From: Eledone cirrhosa
Taxonomy: Eukaryota
Direction: 5' to 3'
Assembly: GCA_964016885.1 (NCBI GenBank)
Contig: OZ024744.1
Location: 58,900,001 to 58,964,000 of the forward strand
DNA: 64,000 nucleotides
Part shown: one piece after another, positions 21,994-36,300 of the stretch
Numbering within the stretch: position 1 is the first letter of the stretch
Layout of the letters: every line of letters starts with the position of its first letter
The notes under the pieces: model-generated
Told to the model about the DNA's origin: nothing
Databases searched by the model: none
The model's input: only the letters and a program-made list of their open reading frames with translations
Made by a program: the position numbers and the translations under genes

Positions 21994-24900
21994 GTGAATT
22001 GGTTAACTTTTCCGTCATACCTTATCTGCTACGATTATTTTTACCTTTCGTTTTACATGTGCATCTGTAGTTTATTATTGTTAGTAGTAGTAGTAGTAGT
22101 AGTAGTAGTAATAGTGTCGTAATGCCGAAGACTGGGTACTTTGTATTTGGTTTGTGTTACATTCTGCAATAACATACGACATTCCTACCATACTCTCTTT
22201 TTAACTACAGTTAGGTACCCCGTTAAAGAATAAAAGCAGATTTCTTTTGTATGGCAAGTGGGTGGGCGAGTCTTTTTTAATGAAAATATGAAAGACATTG
22301 AGAGCGAGAAGGGTCAACTAAGTTACGAGTTCATCTGTTCGATGTTAACTTAAATTTTAATCATTTTTGTGTAAAACATCATAAATGTTCGTTGAATGAC
22401 GGTTAGCAGAATCTCGTGCCTCACAGTATTTAGGTACGACCCTTCGCGTTTTGAGTTCAAATCGCGCCAATGTCATATTTGCCTTTCATCTTTCCTGGGG
22501 TCGATAAAATCAAATATCTGTCAATTGCTGGAGGTCGATATAATCTACTTTTCCTTCTCCGATCCACAAATTAGTGGCCTTATGTCTAAATTAGGAACCA
22601 TGTTATATTTCTTATGGTTCGGTCGAAAATCGTATCGATGAAAAGAAAATGTAATCTTTCTCTCTCTATAGGCATCTAATTTATTGAGGGTCGTGTTTAG
22701 ACAGTGAAAGGTTGGGGTCGTGATTATGTGATTTTCGTGTTTGTTAATAATAGATTTGAATACATAAGCGAACTGACACTAGAACATGTGTGGAATCAGA
22801 AAATGAAACCTAGTTGCCGATCCGGTCTGCTAGGACGATACCCCCCCCCCCCCCCCCATCTCTCTCTCTTATTGTTAATTCCGAAACATAATTGATGTTA
22901 TTCATCTCGTGTTTAGACACACTCTTCTCCCTCCTCTTCATCCTTTTTTTAGACTAAATTATTTTGGAAGCAAAAAGATCTACTCTTGATTATACATTGT
23001 CGAAAAGAACTATGGTGAGAGTGATGAAATAAGTACCAGTAATATATTTGTTCGATTTAATATATTCTATAACCCATGCAAGCATGGAAAACATAAACGG
23101 ATGGTGATGATAATGCTCCTGTAAGTAAATGTATACTTATAGGAAGGGGAATAAATCACGTTTGTTGTTGTTTTTGTCTGTTTCGGGTTAACCCTAGTCG
23201 AGCAAGCTTCCAAACTTTAATTATGCCGGGGGTTTTTCCTAAGTATAATGTATCCAAAACAGCACATATTTCCTTTTTAAGGTTGTTGAGTGTGATTTGA
23301 AGGAGATTTAGCTACACTTTCTGACTATACCAGCTCCCTCTTTGACGTAGAAAGAAATCGTTTCTTTTATTTATTTATGTTTTACTTATTTCAGTCATTA
23401 GACTGCGGTCGTGGCACTGCTTTAAAAGTATTTAGTCGATCATATCGACCCAGTTGCTTATTGTTTTCAAGTCTGGTACATATTTATCGATTACTGTTTT
23501 CCGAACAGTTAAGTTACGAAACACAGACACAAACGTAAACATACATACACATATATTTGTGTGAATGACCGGCTTTTGCACAGTATCAGTCTACCAAATT
23601 TCACTCTCAAAACTAAGACACTTGTCCAACGTGCCATACAGTGATACTGAACCTGAAGCCACACAGCTATGCCTGTGCCTATGTATGAATAAAGTGTGAA
23701 ACAGTAAAGATGAAGCAGTCCATTGGGAGCTGGAGGTTACTTCATTTATAGCACAAAGTTGTGGGCATCAAATTTTAGATGTCAGATACCAATGATATCT
23801 GTTTCGCATTCCTTAATTTCTCTAGGATCTATAAGTTCCTGTGATAAGCTATTCAAAAGGAATCATGGCGCTTCGTCTTTATTATCCCAGATTTCAACCT
23901 GAAACAAACATGTGAATTAGTGTTAGGGCTAGAATAAGTGTTAGGTTTTAGAGTTAGTGGTTGGGTTTTGAAATGTTGGATGATAATGATGTTCTGAAAT
24001 CCTTATTCTTTAATGTGAGTAAGAGTTGCAACCCAAAATACCTTTAACCCTTTTATGACTATATTTATAATGAAATACACTGTATATAAATTAATTGATG
24101 AAGAATTTAGAGGAGTTTCCTAAATTATTGTTTCATTCTTAAGACATATTTGTAGCATAATTTAACAAAAGGTTCTCATGTATAATTATACTGGATGGTT
24201 TTAATTTAAATAGGAAGGAATCCTTTAAAATGAGTAATTTTGTTTCATAGAACCAGAAACGGTTTTGATCAGGTTCATATCAAAAGAATTAACTCTTTCA
24301 TTATCATATTTCTAATTTTTTTTTTTTAAAGCACTGCTTATGATTTTAGTATAAGTTCTCCTGCAAAATAATGGTGGTATGATTTTAGATATATATATAA
24401 ACATTTTAAAATATAATTTTGTATCATAGAACAGGATGGTTTCAGGTGGTTTGGTATTAAAAGGGTTAAACCCCTACCAACCATCTACTATTCTTATGGT
24501 AAATAGAGATTAACAATGTGAGATTAGTGTGGTTATTGACAGAAATATCTATTTATTTACTAATTTTTCTATTCTACCAGATTCTTACTGGTAATAAATG
24601 TGTTGGCTCTGACTGAAAGGGGAAAGATAAAGCTACAGCTATGGAAGATTTGATCTCAAAACTATGAAGCAGCAAATATGAAATAGTAAAATTCTGGACA
24701 ATTCAAACTTCTGTGGTTGCTAATCATTAAGCATTTCATGACAATATGTCTTAAAACTAATCAAGAATTTGAAGTTGTTCATTTATTGGTATATTAAACT
24801 GGTAGTGAATTGACAGCTTTTAGGGTGTTGGATTAAATGCATCAGTATTTGTTGTGGCTCTGGTCTAAGTTCAAATCCCACCAAGGTCACCAATGCTTTT

Positions 24901-26858
24901 CTTTTCGTCTTTTCAAGGTCAATAATAAAGTAGCAATCTAGGAGTGGTGGATTGACGAAATTGTTAAAACATCAGATGGGATGCCTTGTGGTATCTCATC
25001 CAGCTCTGTAGATATCCCACAACCTTTTATCTAGAGTTGCAGCCAACAGATAGTATCAGTAATGAAAAGACAAAAGGAAGTGTAGTTTCTTTGATTCAAT
25101 CTGACTATGGGATTCTTTCATTATTTTTTAAACATTTCGTTGCCATATTCCTAACAAAAGACTCTGCGTATGTTTTTCAAATCATTTTGAAAATAATTAA
25201 AAAAATTGGGCGCTATTTAGTGGTGTTTAGAACATGTCTAAATAGAGATTCTTATGAAGGAAATCTTTTAGTTAAATATAAGCAGGTTTTCTTTTAATCT
25301 TAGAACCATATGGTTTAGTTTCAAAAGGGTTTAACTGTTTTTTTAGTCCCAACTAAATGCATGTTTACTCCTCCAAAATCTAATGTGATCATTCATCTAA
25401 TAATGAGATTTTTAATTTAACTACAAATACTTGAATATAGGTGGTGTCATCAAACATGTTAGCATTGAAAGAATTAAGATAAATACATATCTCACTGTGG
25501 GTATTTTAAGCTGATATCATATAGATGTCACTGATGATGGATTAATAAATCTCTAGATACAAGTAGTGGGCATTCTCACAGAGTTTCTAAGGCAACTGTA
25601 ATATGATTACAGCGTAAAATATCAACAGCAAAACTTGTATGTTTATTATACAGAAACATATTGTATATGTTTCCATATACACTGCTATTTTGAATCACAC
25701 TTTTTACTTTGTTATGTGTGTGTGTGTATAATATATATATATCATCATCATCATTGTTTAATGTCTATTTTCCATGCTTGCATAAGTTAGATGGATGTCA
25801 TGTGCTAAGGCCTGACCAATCAGGGTGACTAGGTTCTGCTCATATATTTTATTTTGGCTTGGTTTCTACAGCAATCCAACCACTTTTCATTTTTTACTGG
25901 GAGCATGTTTTCTACAGCTGGATGCCCTTCCTAACACCAACCAGTTTACAGCATGTACTGGGAGCATTTTATTGTGGCCCTAGCACTAACAGTTTTACAG
26001 AGTAGACTGGGTGTTTTTCATAATGGCACCAGCACTATCTCTAGCCATCTTAAACATATTACTTTCTACATTATATACTATACCCAATGTTTCAAGCAAA
26101 CTACAACATTCTATTATATAATTCTATAAATAAGCCGACTTTACCCAATTGCACCTTTCAAGAGCGATGACACATGACCGTGGCCTCTGGCGTCACTCAG
26201 TAATTCAGAAGACCCAACCTCCCACGGGTACAAGCCGAAGCTGAAGCATATAGACAATATGTCCCCACCCCCTCCCACTACAAAGTAGTCGTGGAGGTGC
26301 CACGGCAAAAAAGCACCCAGCCCACACTGTAAAGTGGACGTGTAGGCGCCACGGAAAAAAAGCACCCAGCACTCACTGTAAATGAGGTTGGTGTTAGGAA
26401 GGGCATCCAGCTGTAGAAATCGAGCCAGAATCAGTTCCCGTATGAGCAAGACAAGGTCAGCCGACTGGACACTACCCACAACAGGACAACCCGTCTAACC
26501 CATGCTAGCGCGGAAGAACGGACGTAAAATGGAGATGATGATGATGAAATTCAAATTTTATTTCTAATATCGGTAAGGCCAGCCGTAACTCACTCGGTAT
26601 GCAAATGAGGCTACTCAGCTGATGTGTACTTAAGAAAATACTATATATTTTCAACTGTTCAACAGACTGGCAGAGGTATACAGTCCTGATGAAGGGTAAT
26701 GACCCAGAAACATTGATTGTTCCTCAAAGCCAGTGTTGAACAAACTGGTGACAATCGGTCGCCAGCACAGCTTCAAATTGGGCCATTTGTTTACAAACGA
26801 ATTGAACATTATTCTTAATGTTTGATATAACCCATACATTCATATGTATATGTGTGTG

Positions 26859-26903
<45 letters not shown>

Positions 26904-29171
26904 ATGTGTGCATACTTACATTTATTTATATATATATATATATATGTATACACACAGAGATATACAGTAGCTTATGTGTTATGTGTATATCAACCATCAT
27001 TATTACTACAATCACAACCACCATCATCACTAACACCACTGTCACCACAACTACCATCAACACCCTCAGTATTCTTCCACAAGAAATGTTTTTGAAATAC
27101 GGGCAATGGATTGACAGTATTGATAGAGCATCAAACAACATGCTTTTGTGGCATATAGTTTCATCCCTTTATGTTCTAAGTTCAAATCTCACTGAAGTTA
27201 ACATTGCCTTTCAACCTTACGGGGTCAATAAAATAAAGCACCAGTAATTCACTGAGATTGATTTAGTCAATTTTCTCTTTCCCTTCAAATTGCTGGCCTT
27301 GTACCAAATATCAAAACAATATATTTATACTTAAGTAATAAATATAGATTTCTTAAAATTCTTTTTAATCCCTTGTAATTCTCTTGTATTGCAGAAAAAT
27401 CTAGTGTCTTTGAGTCGTGATGAATTGAGGGTTCTTCAGGAATGCAACAGAGAAAGTTTTTGGTACCGAAGTAAGGCACTTGGTTTTTAACTTATACTTG
27501 TTGTATATTTGTTGTTGGTGCTGCTGATGTTATTATTGTTGCAGTTGTTATTGTGACTGTTGCTGCTGCTACTACTGTTGTTGTTGCTGATGTCATTGTT
27601 GTTTTTGTTGAGGTTGTTTTTATTGTTGTTTCTGATGTTGCTATAAGTTTTCAGATTTAGTGATGGTAACACTCTAAGCTAATTTAGAGGTCTCATGTTA
27701 AAAATTAATCCCTGATTTAAATTTGCTGAGGCCCTATGTTATATAAAACTTGGTAGCCCCTTTGTTTAAAAACTTACCCCAGAAGGTCTTACAAAAATTT
27801 AAAAACATATATGACTTTTAATTATTTCAAGGCCTTAAACTACAGCAGTGTTTATATTTAACTAAAAATTTTTCATTAAACATTCATTAACCCTATAGCA
27901 TTTAAACCGGCCATATCTGGCCAGAATTCTCTCACCTCTTTCAGTTCAAACAGGCCGTAACCAGCTGCTCATACTTATATTAAGGTATTGTTCTCAAAAT
28001 AAATAATATTATAATCTCATATATTCAATATTATGTGAGATAATTATGAAAAATTAAGTGTTTACTGTGAAAATACAATAGTAAATATAAAGTAATGGAA
28101 ATGCTAAAGGATTAAGTTATGCTCCCACCATGAACTTAATAAAGAAAAAGTTAGTAATATTTCTAAATACCTTCAGGTTCTTGATTATTTTCAAAATGGT
28201 TTGAAAATCACAACCCTTACCTATTGTCATGAATCTTGGGTAATGACTGAAAGAATACAATCGTGAATATAAGCAGCCAAAATGGAGTTTTTCCGAAGGG
28301 TTTTTGGAGTAACGTTACTCGATAAAGTGCGTAGCTCGAAGAGTCACTCCTGGTAGAGCTGCTACTTCTCCGAATTTAGAGAGCACAGCTCTGATACTAT
28401 GAGCATATGGTTAGAATGTTTCAGGAAAAAAATCGGTGGACAGATTTTATGGACAAAACCAACCAGCAAGAGACCAAAGAGTAGACCCCGAGCAAGATGG
28501 TTGGATAACATCCAGGAACTTGGTTGGTCTCACTTGGGGATCCAGCCAGATCAGTTGGAGATGGTTACTTCTTCCCTTATGAATGTAATTTGGTTAATGA
28601 AAACTGTGATACTCAATAGTATATGCGTGTGGGTGAGAGTGGCTGTGTGTGTTAACATTTGAGTCTATGTCTTGTAATTTAGCAGTTGGTCAAAAAAGAA
28701 ATTGATAAGATAAGTAGAACACTTGTGGTCGATATGATTGACTACATCCCATTAAGACAGTTCCACAACATGGCCACAGTCTAACAACTGAAACTAGTAA
28801 AAGAATAAAAGGATATGTGCTCAGTTTTTTAATGCATTTTCTTTACAATATATCAATATATCTACATTTGTGGTCAGTATTACAGTAAATGTTGTGTACA
28901 ATACTAACTATACCTACATATGTAATCAGTATTTTAATTTATTTTGTATTACTATTTTATCCGTTATTATTTATTTGTTTGTTTTTATATACTCTCCAGG
29001 TTTACCTGCTAGTATGATATTTATTGGTATTACACAGTTTGCCGTCAATAAAGGTCAGATTCACATTTTTTTTTCTTTATTTTTATTGTTTTATTTTCTT
29101 TTTCTTCCCTGGTTTTAGGAAACAGTATGAATTTGCATTTTATCATTGCTCTCTCTCTATATATATATATA

Positions 29172-29217
<46 letters not shown>

Positions 29218-32200
29218 GTTTTGTTGGTTGACTCTGGTTGCTGGACCCATGTTGTTGACTATTCTCATCACCTTGGTCTTTTTGGTGTTGGTTCCCAGGC
29301 CGATCTTTTCCACACTCTCTTGCAGGGATGTTGTTAGAGCCTGCAGATCTGCACTGTCTTTAGCGATCAAAGGGATGTCATCGGCGAATAGCTGGTCCTT
29401 CAGCCTACCCTGGTCTCTCCATGTTTTCGTGTTGTGACCAGCAGCTTCTTCTTTTTTCTCCAGCCAGGCATGTTTGTTCCGCCAGCCGCTTCACTCTACT
29501 AATCAGTCGATTTGGTGGTATGTGGCATGTCTTTTCCCTTGGTCTTCCTCCAGTCTGGCAGAATCTCATTCAACTTTCGCTTTCTTTCATTCGTCAATTT
29601 TTGGTTCCTGGATCCATTGTTCTTTCCGCATTCCTTGCCTTCTTATGCTGCTTCGGTCACTACTGTTGCAAACATTGTCCATTGATCTTCCAGATCGGCA
29701 GCCTCACTCAACTGCTGGAACCGATTGTGCAACGCTAGTTGGTACAGTTGCACTTGACCGGGAACCTTCAGTTTCTCCACTGCATACGGGTTTGGTCTTT
29801 CCTGTCGTGTATGTTTCTTTAGGTGCAGCTGAAGTTCAACACTCAGGCAAGTTGTTGAATGTCTCCTGCAGCCGTTTGTAGAAGGCGTCCTTGACGATGT
29901 CGGCGCACTAGGCTTGAACAACAGTGATTTTCACATGCCTACTCTGAAAACAAGAAGTTATGATACGTTCGCTGACTGGCTCCCATCCGATCAATGCTCA
30001 AGTTGCTCGGGCGCTAAGCACAAGTCCGACTCCACGGATGTGCTTATCTTGATGTCCGGAGTAGAGCAGAATCGTGTCTCCGCTGCTATTCATCTTTCTG
30101 TTGCTGGTTCATCGCATTTTGCTCACGCCTGGAATGTCCAGATGGTAGTGGTCAAACTCGCGCAGTAGCTGAGCCAGCTTTCCTGCCTAGTATAGTGTTT
30201 GTATGTTCCAAGTTCCAATATGTGTCTTTGTTTTGGTGCTCAGAATTTGGCTCATTGGAACCGCTGACCACCTTTCTGTTTTGGTTGAGGTCCGTCAAGA
30301 GTGGAGTGGTTTTCCTTACTGTTTCTTTAGCAATTGTAAAGTGTCCAGCAGTGCCGGGTTTCTAACCCGACGGCTGCTGCCTGTATTTGTTGGTTCTTTG
30401 CCCAACTATAGTATATATTGTGTATATATCAAATGAAATACTAATATACCCAACTAAAGCAATTATAAACTAACTGTTCACAAAATACTGTTTCGAACTA
30501 TACAATTATTGAGATTTGAAAAGCTTACTCATGTTAATATGGTGCTTGGATGATAATTCAAATTGTGAAAAAAATGAGGACACTTGGGATTGCAAAGTGA
30601 AGAATAAGACTCACTATATAAAACTTTGTCTCATCTAACACAAAATGTCTAAAGAGACCTTTGTACATGTTGGGCATGGATGGATTAATGTGGTGTATAT
30701 ATATATATAAAACGTGTCCCAAAAATGTATACAAACCTTGATTTACCTGTACAGGTAATATTTATTAGAATGCACAGCCTTTCTCAAAAATAAAATGATC
30801 TACAGACACAATCCAATTGTATGTAAACGCCCAAAAATGTTTACATAATTTAAATAATGCATATAAAATAATTTATTTTAGTGCGATTTTTTTTGGGGGG
30901 GGGGGGGGGGGGGGGGCTGTTGAAGTGTGTATACATTTTTGGGGGAACATCCTGTATGTGTGTGTTGAGAAGTTGAGAAGACTTGATCTAGGGAGTATAG
31001 CAGCCTCTTCTCATCTGATATATTACACAAATTGTCTTTAAAAAAAATTGAACAGTTAGAGCTTTGAAAAAATGGTTTGCAGTATTTATTCCAGCTCTTT
31101 GAATTTTGAGTTCAAATCCTGCTAAAGACAACTTTGCCTTTTTTTTCCTTCAAAGGTTGATAAATAATAGACCAGTCTAAGATAGTAGGCTGCCAAAATC
31201 ATTAGAATGGCAGACAGGATGCATTGTGGTATTTATTCTGGCTCTTTACTTTCTGTGTTCAAATCCTACCATGGTCAACTTAGCCTTTCTTCCTTCTAAG
31301 ATTGATAAAGGATCAGTCAAAAGTAGTGTATTGCGAAAGATTTAACTATGTATTGCGAAAGATTTAACTTACTGGCCAAAAGGATTTAGAATTGAAGTGA
31401 GCTATATTACCTATATTACTCCTTAACTATGCAATCATACTTGCACCTATCTCTATAATTTCTATTTTAAAAGATTCGGAAAAATACTTTATACAAAATG
31501 AAACATACATATCTAAGGAATAATGTTCTTTTATAGGTTTCAGTCATTTGACTACGACCATTCTGGAGTTTTACAAAGGGATTAGCCTATGATATTGACT
31601 CCAGTATTTTATATTATTGATCTTTATATGTTAAATCACTAAGTTACGGAACATTAACAAACAGAAGACATACGCACTAACATGAACACACACATACATC
31701 TACGAAATTTCACTCAAGACATTGGTCAAACCCAAGGCTTAGTCTAGGCTTAAAAATATTTTCGAACATACTTTTATATAAAAACCATATGTTAAGCAAC
31801 TATCTTAGTAATGAAATAATTAATAATCGTAATAAAACCCTCAAAATTCTTCATTAATTAAAATAAAGTGTTTCATTAGAAATATGGTCATATTTAAATC
31901 AAAATTTCCCAACATAATTTCATATAAGAACCATATGTTAAGTTACTATCTTAGTAATGAAATAATTAATAATTTCCCAACATAATTTCATATAAGAACC
32001 ATATGTTAAGTTACTATCTTAGTAATGAAATAATTAATAATTTTAGTAAATCCCACCCCACAAAAAGATTCTTCATTAATTAATTGAGATAGCGTGTTCC
32101 TATGTAAATTAAAATCTTCAAACATAATTTTATATAAGAACCATATGTTAAGTTACTATCTTAGTAATGAAACAATTAATTCAGTAACTCAAAATCTTTC

Positions 32201-33234
32201 ACTAATTAATTGAAATAGAATGTATTTCTTAAGAAAGAGTTAATCAACAGAATGTCTGACTCTTGAATTAATGTGTAAGTGGTTGAATATTCCACAGATA
32301 GGTATACCCTTAACATAAATCTCATCATGGTAAGTGACACAATCTGACAAAGCTGGCCCTTTTATTGACATGTATAATTCATTTGACAGACTTCAATATT
32401 ATTTCCCTTTACATAATTCCATTCTTAAGGTTTGGATTGACCAAAGGCTATGATAAAGGCACTTGGTTACAATGCTATACATTGCATCGAACCTGTCACC
32501 TCATGATTGTAAAGCGAACTTCTTTAACACAGACACGCCTGTGTCAATCATAATTTAACAGTAAGACTAGAAAAGTTATAGCTAAAGGGACATAATCTAT
32601 ACTGAACTCTTAACTTTAGAAAGTTGAATTATTGCAGAAACCACATCGATCTGTAACCTATACTTAACTCTGTTCTCTATGACATTGATCAGATGGGGAA
32701 AAAAAAATCTTCTTGCAGAAGGTCATAGTTGAGGAGTGGGGAACCTGTGACCTTAACTCTTTTGGTACCAACCTAACCAAAACCAGCTCTGGTTCTATGA
32801 AATAAAACCACCCTTTTTAAGTTCCTATTTAAATTAAAATCTTTCAACATAATTTTATATAAGAACTATATTTTAAGCTACTATCTTAGTATTGAAATAA
32901 TTAAGAATTTTAGTAAATCCTTCAAAATTCTTAATTAATTGAAATATAGTGTTTCATTAGAAATATGGTCATAAAGAGGTTAAAGCTGCAAATAGCCTTC
33001 TGAAAGAAACACAATGTTTGAAAGCAAACCTTATGTCGGAATAAGGATTTCTGTGCCATTCGGAGTCACAGAAAATCTCTCTCTGACATTCAACATTTCC
33101 TTCCGACCCCTTGACAATGAATGCTACATCCGAAATATAGGGACCAATATATATTTCCAAGGTATCTCTGGTTCTGTCTTTTTCCTTTTCTCCATATATA
33201 TAGATATATATACACACATATATATGTGTGTGTG

Positions 33235-33308
<74 letters not shown>

Positions 33309-36300
33309 GGAAACCAGCCAGCCATCTGATCTTATATCAATCAGGTGAACAAGACAAATTAATTATTTGTTCATAAGACAAGATAAATGGATTGTAATAA
33401 ACACTAAGGCCTTCCCTGGCAAAGAATGCACTGCCCAACATATCAAAATAAACACAAGACAGAACAAGTTACACAGAAAAATATGGAGATGGAGGGCTTG
33501 AAAACTAAAGAACCTTTTAATTAAATATAGGTTTAGAAAGGCCCTAAAGGATGCAGTAGATCAGAGAGGCAATGATCTAAGTACATATAACATAGAGGTC
33601 AACTGGAATTCTTACATGACAACCTTTTGCAAACTACTGATGAGACTTGTAACTAGAGTAAAGTATGAGCCAGACTGGTGGTGGGACTGCATAGTGGATA
33701 GAGCCATTCACGGCATGAAAAGACTGGAAAACTGGGGGTAGCAAAGACTAGTACCAGGTAGCTAACACGGCTTGGAGAGAGGCTGAAAAAAGAAAGTTTG
33801 CCAATGTCTAGAGACGTGTGGACCAGAGACACAAAGCATTCTGTACTGCAAGACAGTGCGTTAATGTAAATCAAGATGTTGTTGGGGAAAAATGTATTAG
33901 AAATTATGCTGGTGCACTTAGCACCATTTATGCCCAAAAGAAAGTGGCCTGGAAATGTAACTATGAGAGTTTGATGAATGTAGAGAATAAATGGGAAGAA
34001 GAGAGACTGCCACCATCTTATCCAACAAAATGACCAGCTATTGAAGTTGACAGTTATAGGGTTAAAGAAGCAATCAAGGAGATGAAGAATGGTAAAGCTG
34101 CAGGACTGTCAGAGATAGTTGTTACATTGCTAAAAGCTTTGAGAGAAGTAAGAGCTGAGAGCTGAACTAGTAACCCACGTAATCAATCAGGTAATATAGG
34201 ACAGAGTCATACCCAATGACTGGTGCAGCAGTACAATCATAAATTGTTACAATAGCAAAAGTGCTGCTCTAGAACGGAGCAACTACAGAGGAATAAAATT
34301 TATGGACCAAGTTATGACAGTGATGGAAAAGAATAATAACACAGCTAATTAAGGAAAGCGTAAAATTAGACAAGATGCAATTTAGTTTCATCCCTGAGAA
34401 AAGTACTACAAATGCTGTCTTCTTAGTGCGGCAACTACAAGAGAGGTTACTAGCCAAGAATAAGCCACTATATTTAGCTTACGTTGATCTAGAAAAGGCC
34501 TTTGACAAAGTACCTAAATCTATTGTCTGGTGGTCCTTAAGGAAATTAGGTGTAGAAGAATAGCTTGTGAGTGTAGTGCAAGACATGTACAGAGGAGCTG
34601 TCAGTAAAGTGAGAGTAGGAAGTGAGTTTAGAGAGCTACTCCCACTGCTGACAAAAGGATAACTGTATGACACCTGTGTGTGAAGTGCGATGCTGCATAG
34701 TAGTGAAATATGGACATTGAATGCAGAAGATATGCATAGATGGGAGAGAAAGGAAGCAACCCTACTTCATTGGATGTGCAATATAAATGTAAGAGCTTGG
34801 ATGAGCTGAGGAAGAAACTGGGTTTACGAGGAATCCAAGGTGGTGTTCAGGAGAGAAGACTGCGATGGTACAGACATGTGATGCACATGGATAATGATTG
34901 ATGTATGATGAAGCCATGGAAAGAAACCGCAGTAGAGGTAGATCAAGAAAAACCTGGGCAGAGGTGACGAGAGCTGACCTTAAATCACTGAGACTTTCAA
35001 AGGAGATGATAAAGAAACGGAGTGAGTGGAGAGATGCTGTGCTGAGAAGGATATGTACAACCCATGCAAGTGTGGAAAAACAGATGATGATGATGATGTG
35101 TCATCATCATTATTTTACATCCGGTTTTCCCTGCTTGCAAGGGTGTGTATGTATATATATATATATACGCGTGTGTGTGTATATATATATGTAACAGGTA
35201 AACAGAAATAACACAATTGGTACAGTATATGGAAGGGATATATTAGGTTAACGCTTGAAATAGCAGGAAGAGGGTCTTAACATTTCGGACACTAGTCCTT
35301 CATCAGAAGAAAGAATGAGAAATTAGAAAGATTGAAGGGACATGCAGGGCGGATACATGTACAGGCCGAAACTGAAGCATATATACGGTATGCACCATCC
35401 CACCCCATCCTCCCATACATCTCCCACAAGAGCAGTACGAAGTATACATCCAGTGAAGACCCCAGCCAACACTGTAAAGTGGTTGTGTTGGTGACATGAC
35501 AAAAAGCACCCAGTACACACTGTAAATGAGGTTGGCATTAGGAATGGCATCCAGCTGTAGAAACCAAGCCAAAATCAGTTCTGTATGAGCATGATATGGT
35601 CACCTGACCTAGCATTGTCCACAGTACAACTTGACTAATCCATGCTATGATGATGATGATATGCACACACGCACACATATTTATTGTTTAGTTGTGGGGA
35701 GAACAATAGTAGCTATGACCTTTTTCTGGTCCTCCACAACTGGTGTAAATTATCCTCAAAAACCTAAGGCCTTGTCCAAATGCTTGCAACATTGAAGACT
35801 CCACTAAAGGTATCCAAATGCCAGGTAATGTTCTCAAACCTAGCAACAGATTAAGTCTACCACCTATGCATATAATACTTAACATGATCAAGAGAAAAAG
35901 CTCACAAAAAAAAGAAAAAATATATTAAATGAACTATTACAAAATATTTTAACCTGTAAAATAGTCCATGAATTTGTATTGTTAACCCTTTAGCATTTAA
36001 TCCAGCCACAATTCTACCACCTCTTTCTGTACCCGGCCACTCATACTGATGTTAAGGTATTGTTCTCAAAATAAATAATATCAAAATCTCATAGTTTCAA
36101 TATTATGTGAGATAATTATGTAAGGTAAAGTCTTTACCATGAAAAAACAATTGTAAATATAGAGTAATGTAAATGCTGAAGGTTAAGGGCTGAAACACAT
36201 GTTTGTGGGTGAACGGGTTTTCTCCAAAGACCTGCTGTCCAGCTCTCCTGAGAGTTTCTTACCGCTATTTTTTGTTTTGTTTTATTTATATCTTAACTAT

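Noticed and set aside
22671-23911. Extra OCIAD1 exons at 22671-22709 and 23826-23911
   Set aside because: Both have good acceptors but introduce in-frame stops after exon 1, and they show no homology
33637-33670. CTGATGAG hammerhead-like core
   Set aside because: No GAAA and no closing stems I or III
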